Assembly (NCBI GenBank): GCA_025594325.1
Contig: JANHCV010000001.1
Location: 2,418,001-2,482,000, forward strand
Source: Blastocladiella emersonii ATCC 22665
Taxonomy: Eukaryota > Fungi > Blastocladiomycota
DNA: 64,000 bases
Direction: 5' to 3'
Part shown: positions 55,521-64,000 of the stretch, in pieces
Layout of the letters: each line of letters begins with the position of its first letter
How positions within the stretch are numbered: position 1 is the stretch's first letter
The notes under the pieces: model-generated
What the model was told of the DNA's origin: nothing
Databases searched by the model: none
The model's input: the letters and a program-made list of their open reading frames with translations, nothing else
Translations under genes and position numbers: made by a program

Positions 55521-55804
55521 GGGTGCTGCATCAAGAGTCGCGAAGTGGCGAGTCGGTTCAAGGTCGAGGGAGAGAGGGAGGGGAGAGAAGAAGAGGCGCG
55601 ATGGTCAATGGGGGCGGGCGCGGCGGGAAACGCGGTGGGTCAGGGGCGCGCGGCCGACGCGTCGCATGGGACCGCGCCCACGTGGAGCGCACCGCGAAGT
55701 GCGAGACATCTCGGAACGCTTACTTGTTTTTGCAAGCCGAGTGTGGGAAGCCCAGGTCCACCAAAAATTGAAGGTTTATAGACGAAGGGAGACATCGATG
55801 CTGA

Positions 55805-56305
55805 CTAGGAGGACGCCGGTGGCGGCTGCGCCGACGAGTCGACGGACAGCGTCATGGCGAGGAACGGGACGTGCTTGATGGTCTGCAGTCTACAGAGCGG
55901 GGAGCGAGGTGATGGGTCAGCATCGCCGGGGTGAGCGAGACGCCGTGAAGGAGCGTACCGGTCGAGCTGGGCGCCGTCCTTGGGCACCAGCGAGGTGGTC
56001 TCCTTGGTGCACCCGAGCTCGTTGGCCTGCACCACGCCGGGGAACTGGCGCTTGACGATCTCGGTGACCGACACGGCCTTGTTGATGGCGGCGCCCTCGC
56101 CGCGGATCACCACGGCGCCGCGTGCCGACTGCAGGTGCTTGGCGGCTGCCGACACGTAGTTGCGGATCTTGCCGTTCTCGTTGATGCGCACCGTCGGCGG
56201 CGGGTTGCCGCCTGCTGCTGCTGGTGGCGGGTTCCCGCTGCTGGCGCTCGAGGGCGTCACGCTGATAACCGATTTGGTTGTTCCGGCGCGCTGATAGCTT
56301 TCCAT
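55805..56305 (-). CDS. Alba-domain (Rpp25-like) nucleic-acid-binding protein
   Basis: Motifs are VRINENGKIRNYV...VVIRGEGAAINKAVSVTEIVKRQF and VPFLAMTLS. One intron lies at about 55958-55891. Confidence 0.8.
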   Translation of the reverse strand: MESYQRAGTTKSVISVTPSSASSGNPPPAAAGGNPPPTVRINENGKIRNYVSAAAKHLQSARGAVVIRGEGAAINKAVSVTEIVKRQFPGVVQANELGCTKETTSLVPKDGAQLDRYAPSRRLAHPGDADPSPRSPLCRLQTIKHVPFLAMTLSVDSSAQPPPASS

Positions 56306-56430
56306 GGTTGGTCGAAGGGCGTTACATGCAATGCACCAAGTGTTGTGGCAACAGATGCCCGATTACGTTCACAGAGCAGGGGAATCGAGGGCCGCGAACC
56401 ACGGAAGTCGAAGGCTGCGGGGAAACGTGA

Positions 56431-57209
<779 letters not shown>

Positions 57210-57520
57210 CCGCATTCATGCACCTCTTTGACTCTCCTCTGTGTAATTTTGTCGCCCCCCGCTGTCCGACCACGCGTGAGTTCCCCTCATCTCTGCCCTC
57301 GTCGCCGTGACGAGGGCGCCCCTGTTTATATATCATCTCACTCCTGGTCACCGCTTGCTTGCTGGCGCATTCGAGAGTAAAGAGGGGCCTATATTACATG
57401 GAGAGGGGAACGCCAGACCGGCGCGCGCGTGCGCAACGAAGCATCCCGTCGGCGCAACGGCCGGCGGCGTAGTGGTGGGGTATGGATGAAGTCGACTGCT
57501 GTTGCGGGCCTGCCCGCCGC

Positions 57521-58793
57521 CTAGTTGAAGACGGACGTCGTGTCGCGCTTGCACATGGCCGCGAACGGCGACGGCAGCTTGGGCGTCACCTCGGCCACGG
57601 CGGCGGCCATAGCGGCGGCCGCGCCGAACACGGAAGAGCACGCGCCCATCGTCGTCGCCGCCGCCTGCGCCGCCGCCGTTGGCTCGTTGCCCTCGACGGC
57701 CGCTGCTGGAGACACCACGTTCTCGGCCGAGGCCGCCGACGCGAGCAGGTGCGCGGGGGCCACGGGCGGACACCGCTGGCCGTTCTTGGAGTAAAAGACG
57801 CACTGCGACGCGGGCCGCGCCACGCCCGTGCGCTCGCAGAAGGTCTTGCACATCTGGATCGGCGGCGTGTACAGGTGCAGCGAGATGGCCGGCGCCGTCG
57901 CGCTCGGGTTCGACACGCGGTGCAGGCCCAGGGAGTCTATTCCGCCAAAAGCGATCATAGTCAGCACGTCATCGCGACACACGCGTTGCGCCACCACATG
58001 CATCACGGCCGCGGCTGACTCAGCGGCGGGTGGAGCTTTCAGGGACTGGGCCGCTCAGTGACGGTCCTCGCTCCCGCTAGCCGCGGCCGCCATGATACAG
58101 CGCATGAATGAAACCGTCGTCGGCGTACCGTTGATGTAGGCGACCTGGTCGCGCTCCATGGTCTTCTGGCCGATGACGCGCACGCGGTTGGCGTCGGCCT
58201 CGGACTCGCCGACGACGTGGTCCGCGGGCACCTCGCCGGGGAACTCGTACCGCGTCTCGGTCAGGTTGCCCTCGAGCATTTTCTGTTGCCATGGGATCGA
58301 GTCAGCGACTGGATCACACCACGCACACGCTCGTCAACGTACCATGCAGCAGTGCGAGTTGGCGTGGTCGTGGATCGGGCTGGCGTGGCCGGCGCCCCAG
58401 CACAGGATGATGAGGTTGAACTTGCCGTTGCCGTCGTCGACCAGGTTGCGCGTGTACCGGTACGGGTCGAAGAGCGCGTAGTCGCGCCAGTCGTCGGCGT
58501 TGGACGTGTAGCTCTCCATGAGCCGCACGATGCGCGTCACGTCCACGTCCGACGAGTCGAGGCCTGCGGCGGGAGGGAGGGTACGGTCAGGGTTGGTCGG
58601 AGTGGGTGGTGAGCGAGCGCAGTCGCGTACCGTTGGGACCTAGCTCCTCCTTGAGCAGCGCGACGAGGTCGCCCATGGACTGCGGGACGGGCACCTCGGG
58701 CGCGGCCGATGAGGCCGACTTGGCAGTGGGCGCAATGGACTCGACCGTGGGCAGGTCAGCCAGCGGCGAGACGGTGGAGACGGGTGGAGACAT
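57521..58793 (-). CDS. CDO1: Cysteine dioxygenase (type 1)
   Basis: Motifs are [37 protein letters not shown] and SLHLYTPP, so the 3-His iron site, the cross-link Cys and Tyr, and the substrate Arg are all present. It has three introns, including a 192-nt intron at 58128-57937. Confidence 0.92.
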
Positions 58794-59781
58794 GGCGGCG
58801 GGTGGTCGATGAGCGTGAGCGTGAGCGTGAGCGACTCGGCGATGGACGATGGTCAGTTGGTTGTTGAGGGCAGGCGCGCCGCCGAGCGAGCGGGGACGAG
58901 CCGATCTTATAGTCCTGGGCGAGCGAGCGGGCAGGGCATGGCACGGGTCAGGGTCCGGTTCACGCTCGAATCCATGAAGCATGCTCAACCGGCGACCACG
59001 GCCCGCCCGCCGCCCTTCTCGCGACGGCATGGCCCGCTCGCCCGCAAAGGAACCGCGGCCGCGGCCGGGGCGGTGGGGGACGCCAGGCCAGGGCTAGGGG
59101 CGCGCCAGTTCAGCCGACGCCGACGCGACCGTGGCCAGAGTCGCGGCGCACGCTTCTCCCGCTTCACTCGGTCGCAGACGCGGCTGAGCGCGCTCCGCCA
59201 CCGCCCCGCCCGTGGCTGCGCCGCTCGACTCGGCCTTGTCAAGGCTCACGCCTAATTCGAGCACCGCGCCGTCTAATCTGATAATAAATCTCGCAGCGGC
59301 CCATCGCGTGTCGTGAAGCTGACGACGCGGAGCTGCGCGAACGCTCCCCGTGCGGCCACATCAGGCAACCCATCACGCACCTGCGCGTCGATTCTTCTCT
59401 CTCGCGCGCGAGTGCACGTTCGCTCGCATGCGCAGCGACACGAGCGTGACCTCGAGCAGCGCGCGCTGCGTCCCTGACCACGGGGCTGCCGCCTCGTGCG
59501 TTGTGACGTGGAGTTTGTCACGAGAGTCGCGTTTCCGCGCGCCCCCATGCAGGGAGCGCTTGGTCCGCGAACGTGGTCGGCAGGTGCCACCCCAAAGTGC
59601 GGCCGCGAACAATCAGCCGCTGTGGCGGGCAGTCGCGGCGGATCAACCTGCTTCACGGGAAGCCTTGGGTTCCGCCGTGCGGCAATGGACTTGTTCAGGA
59701 CCAACGAGACTCCCGACTCGGACGCGTCGTGACACTAGAGATACCTTTATGATGTGGGGGAACGGCTGTACAGAGTGGGGT

Positions 59782-60463
59782 TTACAGGAGATCAAAGTCG
59801 TCGAGCTTGTCGTTGTACTTCATGATCTTGCGCTTGATCTTGGACGTGTCGACCCAGGTGATGAAGTCCTCGAACGTCCGCGTCACCAGGAACGCCGGGT
59901 CCGTGACCACGTTGGGTCCGACGCGCACGTCTACACGATGAGGAGTCAACATCCAGGTTGCAGGGGTGCACGTAGAGTCGGGAAAGGGGGGGTACGTACG
60001 GCCCTGCTCGACAAACGTCACGGCCTCCTTGACCGTCTCGGCCATCTTGAGGCGGACCATCACGATCGGGAGGCGACGGCTACACTCACGCGGGAGTCCG
60101 TCAGCGATGGACCTCACCGTCGAGAACAGGAATAACGTTGTACCGGCACACGGCAGACACACTAATCTTCTCGACGGCCGACAGCGACTGCTTGTTGGCG
60201 ATGAGGCCCATGTTGTACAGCTTGGTGAGCAGCGCGTCGGCCTTGTGCAGCTTGAACGGGTCGCGCGCGTCCAGCAGCGAGATGCGGTGCGCCAGCTGAC
60301 GCATCTCGCCGCACAGCCGGTTGTACTTGGTGTAGTCCTCGCGCCGCTGGATGTGGTACCGCCGCATCACCTCCACCTCGCGCAGCGTCTGCTCGTTCTT
60401 CCACGACATGAAGTCGACCTTCTTGAGCAGCTTCTGCTCATGGTACTTGAGTTGGCGGACCAT
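59782..60463 (-). CDS. IMP3: U3 snoRNP protein Imp3
   Basis: The sequence reads [18 protein letters not shown]...[59 protein letters not shown]. It has two introns. Confidence 0.95.
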
Positions 60464-60844
60464 GGTGGCGGGCGGGCGATGGGGTTCTGGTTCAGCGCGG
60501 CAGCGACGGCGGCGGGTTTACGGGTCGGTCGATCGAGGTGGACGTCGGCAGGCGTCGATTCGTGGGGGAGGCCGTTGCAGCGACTCCAGGTTACGTGTGC
60601 TTCGTGGTTTTGCTTCGTGATGCCGTCGTCACCGTGCTCGAACGCGGCCGTTCAGCGTGAGGCGCGAGGGATTCGAGGTGCGTGTGGACAACATCAGCAG
60701 AGCCCACATGACCTGGTTGCTACTCTCGCCGAACGCTTTCTTCTTCCCCGTCGCGACCCTCACCTCTCCCCCGCACTCAAGGACCCGTCCACCCTCCACA
60801 AACGCAACGCATCACTCTACGCAACGACCACCACCACCGCCACC

Positions 60845-62707
60845 ATGGATTCCGCATCCATCCGCGCGCGGCTCGACGCCGAGGACCCGATCGTCAAGAC
60901 GATGCCGGTCTTCCTCAACTCGCAGCTCGCGAGCAACCTGCACCTGTTCCAGTTCCCGATCCGGTCGCGGCCCTTCAGCGAGGGCGGGCAGCCCATCGAG
61001 GCCCGCATCAAGTCCAAGTCGCAGGTCATCGAGCTCGACCTGCCGCTCGACACGCGCAGCGTCATCTACGACCCGGCGCAGGGCGAGACGTTTGGCTCGT
61101 CCGACTCGGCGCCGCGCACCATCTACGACCGCGCGGCCGACCCTGACAGCGGCGGCGGTGCGGGGTCCTCGCCCAAGAAGCTCGACCGCATGACGCTGAC
61201 GTCGACCAAGGTGCCGCCCATCACCACCTACTACGTGGCGGCGTTCCGCGACGACGAGATGCACCTGTCGCCCGTCGCCAGCACGCTCCAGTTCACGCCC
61301 AGCCTCAAGCACATTGACCGGCTCGCGCAGCAGGACCGCGACGCCAAGAAGCGCGTCGACGAGGAGGAGAAGCGCGCGCGCGGCGAGCAGGTCGACAAGA
61401 AGCCGAGCGCCGCCATGCTGCTGTCGCGCGTCGAGACCGAGGACATGGCGTCTGCGCGCCAGAAATCCATCACCCACATGCGCAAGGTGCAGGACGAGGA
61501 AAAGTTTGCCCCGCTCGACTACTACAACGAGATGACGGACCACGCCGAGCAGGTGCTCAACCGCATGTTCGCCCTGTACACGGCCGAGATCTCGGTCCGC
61601 GACACCCCCGCCGCGTACCTCGCGCGGCTCGTCCCGCCCGTCGAGATCCCGAGCATGACCGAGGACACGCGCCGCAAGCCCGGGTCCGTGTCGCGCGAGG
61701 AGATGAAGGTCATGACCCTCGACATGCGCATCCAGTGCCTCATGACCAACGCCCACATCCTGCGCATCGAGGACATTCTGCGCGTCATCCCGACGTCGAC
61801 CCAGGACGAGATCGAGGCCGTCCTCCGCCGCCTGTGCGTCCCCGTCCGCGGCCTCTGGATCGTCCGGTCCAACCTCGTCTACGCGGGCCGCGAGGCCGTC
61901 GCGCGCGACTTCCTCATCAACATGTTCCACGAGTCGCGCGACGTGCTGCGCTCCAACTTTGCGAGCACCGCCCTGCTCGACGTCGAGACCACCAAGCAGC
62001 TCCTCTCCGACATCGCCGTCCTCGTCCGCCCCGGCACCGCCGATACCTTTGCGCCCTTCTGGCGCCTCAAGTACACGGACGGCAGCGCCGACGAGCCGCC
62101 CGTGCACCCGGCGTACGCCGAGTTCGAGCACACCCAGCTCCAGCAGTCGATGCAGGAGCTCGGCCTCGTCCAGGCGCCCAAGAAGACGGCGGCCGGCGGT
62201 ACCAAGGGCAAGAGCGCGTCGGCGGGGCTCGCGCGGGCCGCCTCGGGTACCGCGTCGTCCGGTGCCAGCGGCCCCGCCCTCGCGCGCGCGCCCGTGGCCA
62301 ACGCGCAGCCCGTCGACCCGGTCCTCAAGTCGATTGCGACGGTCCTCGTCGAGCACGGCGTGGTCCTTGAGTCCGCGATGCTCGCGCACCTGCAGGCCGA
62401 GCACCCGGACGTGGACAACGACGAGCTCCAGGCCAAGGTCGCCGAGACGTGCCGCGTCCTGCACGGGTCGGTCGTGCTCAAGGTGCGGCCCGACACCAAG
62501 TTCGAGCAGTACCGGCAGGTCGTGCTCGACCTGTTCGAGAAGAAGACGTCGGTCAAGAAGAACGAGGTCATCATCGCCATCCAGAAGGCCACGGGCCAGA
62601 ACGTCCCCGTCAAGGCGTTCATGGAGATCACGGCCGAGCTCGCGGTCCAGGCCGGGCCCAAGGCCCCGTTCGTGTGGAAAAGCGTGGCCAACGCTGAGTC
62701 GTCTTGA
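60845..62707 (+). CDS. RPC5: RNA polymerase III subunit RPC5 (Sin-like N-terminal domain, C-terminal winged-helix-like region), 620 aa
   Basis: Motifs are EDPIVKTMPVFLNSQL..NLHLFQFPIR, ARIKSKSQVIELDLPLD, YYVAAFRDDEMHLSPV...QFTPSLKHID and LCVPVRGLWIVRS. Confidence 0.82.
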   Translation: MDSASIRARLDAEDPIVKTMPVFLNSQLASNLHLFQFPIRSRPFSEGGQPIEARIKSKSQVIELDLPLDTRSVIYDPAQGETFGSSDSAPRTIYDRAADPDSGGGAGSSPKKLDRMTLTSTKVPPITTYYVAAFRDDEMHLSPVASTLQFTPSLKHIDRLAQQDRDAKKRVDEEEKRARGEQVDKKPSAAMLLSRVETEDMASARQKSITHMRKVQDEEKFAPLDYYNEMTDHAEQVLNRMFALYTAEISVRDTPAAYLARLVPPVEIPSMTEDTRRKPGSVSREEMKVMTLDMRIQCLMTNAHILRIEDILRVIPTSTQDEIEAVLRRLCVPVRGLWIVRSNLVYAGREAVARDFLINMFHESRDVLRSNFASTALLDVETTKQLLSDIAVLVRPGTADTFAPFWRLKYTDGSADEPPVHPAYAEFEHTQLQQSMQELGLVQAPKKTAAGGTKGKSASAGLARAASGTASSGASGPALARAPVANAQPVDPVLKSIATVLVEHGVVLESAMLAHLQAEHPDVDNDELQAKVAETCRVLHGSVVLKVRPDTKFEQYRQVVLDLFEKKTSVKKNEVIIAIQKATGQNVPVKAFMEITAELAVQAGPKAPFVWKSVANAESS

Positions 62708-62814
62708 GTTGGTGGTGCTGGCGCAATACAATACACTTTGACTGTGAATAACGTAGATTTTTAGTGGTAGTCTGTACAGAGTCCCCTTCCCTCCCGTGTT
62801 CGCATCGCACCGCA

Positions 62815-64000
62815 TCATGTCAACCGCCGCAGCGACATGAACCCCTCGACAGCGTGGTCGATCTTGCCGTGCCAGTGCAAGCACACGGTGCTCTTGGCGG
62901 GGAGACACACGAAATCGAGCAGCGAGATGCCCGTGGCCGACCCCTCCTTGGCGCGGCCGTCGCCGTCCGTGACGACGCCCGACCCGTGGTGCACCGTGTA
63001 TGTCGGTGCGTGGATCGCCGACATGACCGACTCGCCGTTGATCACGATCTGGATCGACGGCTTGCTGCGCGTGAAGAAGCTGAAGGCGAGCTCGTACACC
63101 CCCGCCTCGGCCACCCGCACCACACACGCGTCGGGCTCCCACCGCAGGTTCGTCCGGTCCGTATTCTGCGCCTCGAGCGACCACGGAATCCCCGACCCGT
63201 GCTTGAGGCTCCCCGACTTCCACAGCCACACGCCGCCGCGCAGCCACGGGTGCGACTGCACTCCGGCAAACGTCGCCCGCAGCGTGCTGATCTCAGACGC
63301 CAGCAGGAACAGCTTCTCGTCCATGGCCGACGTCAGCTTGTGGTGCAGGATCTCGTAGTCCTCGGGCTGCAGGTGCACCGCGGGCGATCCGGCGCTGCCG
63401 CCACCAAGGACCGTCGACTCGTTGGCGGCGCTGTCGAGTGGCCGTGGCCGCGCCTCCCCGCGGTGATGATGGCCGAGGCCCGGGGCGGGCGACGCTGACG
63501 GCGCTGCGAACCCGCGAGGGTTCGGCACGAGCACCTGCAGCTGCGCGATGTTCGCCTCGACCTCGCCCACCTTGTTGGCGATACTCTGGACGCGCTGGAC
63601 GAGGTCGTCCTGCTCGGCGCCGCGCGTCAGGACCGCACGCTGCAGCGCCATGTGCTTGGCCTCGAGGTCGATGAGCCCCATCATCGGCCCCGACGCGACC
63701 ATGCCGTGCGGCGCCGGGTAGTAGCCCGCGGCGGCGGCCGTCGGCGAGGCCATGGACTCGTGCGAGCCCGACTTCGACCGCCGCTTACCCGCGCGGCGGC
63801 CCTCGGCCTTCGACGGCGACGTCGGGCCCGCGTGCTTGAGCCGCTTGTCGAGGTACTTTTTCATATCCTCGCGCGTAGCGACGTGGCGCATGAGCTCCTC
63901 GAGGGCGGCGGAGTCGGCCTTGGACTCGAGCTGCGCAGCGAGCGACTTGACGGCGTTAGCGCGCTCGGCGGCGTGGTCCTGGACCGACGCGCGCAGCGCG
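62815..64000 (-). CDS. Uncharacterised coiled-coil protein with a C-terminal beta-rich (C1q/TNF-like, tentative) domain, 5'-partial
   Basis: The frame is open to the window edge, with coiled-coil segments followed by WLWKSGSLKHGSGIPW...WEPDACVVRVAEAGVYELAFSFF...GISLLDFVCLPAKSTV...GFMSLRRL. Confidence 0.7.
   Translation of the reverse strand, partial: ALRASVQDHAAERANAVKSLAAQLESKADSAALEELMRHVATREDMKKYLDKRLKHAGPTSPSKAEGRRAGKRRSKSGSHESMASPTAAAAGYYPAPHGMVASGPMMGLIDLEAKHMALQRAVLTRGAEQDDLVQRVQSIANKVGEVEANIAQLQVLVPNPRGFAAPSASPAPGLGHHHRGEARPRPLDSAANESTVLGGGSAGSPAVHLQPEDYEILHHKLTSAMDEKLFLLASEISTLRATFAGVQSHPWLRGGVWLWKSGSLKHGSGIPWSLEAQNTDRTNLRWEPDACVVRVAEAGVYELAFSFFTRSKPSIQIVINGESVMSAIHAPTYTVHHGSGVVTDGDGRAKEGSATGISLLDFVCLPAKSTVCLHWHGKIDHAVEGFMSLRRLT

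Overview
This is gene-dense, very GC-rich eukaryotic DNA with short spliceosomal introns, mostly about 56-100 nt (donors GTACG/GTGCG, branch sites CTAAC/CTGAC, acceptors YAG). The gene content and splice signals suggest an early-diverging, possibly zoosporic fungus (Blastocladiomycota-like); this is inference. About 30 protein-coding genes can be reconstructed. Most are housekeeping genes: an ABCC transporter, APEH, eIF2A, MGR2, a mitochondrial PPR protein, RAI1/DXO, YJU2, PPCDC, an LDB17-like gene, two tandem MECR paralogs, an ECD/SGT1-like gene, BRX1, a USP36-like gene, Alba, ATG8, CDO1, IMP3 and RPC5. The one clearly accessory block (about 3.6-10 kb) holds a complete, apparently intact PIF/Harbinger DNA transposon (15-bp TIRs, TTA target-site duplication, DDE transposase plus Myb/SANT protein). 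It is inserted directly upstream of two tandem paralogous orphan ORFs with gag/capsid-like character, one intact and one pseudogenised. The most unusual host gene is a roughly 1500-aa class III nucleotidyl cyclase with the GAF-GAF-PAS-cyclase-TPR layout of cyanobacterial CyaB enzymes, unlike fungal Cyr1, lying tail-to-tail with a bestrophin-family channel. I found no rRNA, tRNA or CRISPR features. All exon boundaries were reconstructed by eye, and no database searches were run.
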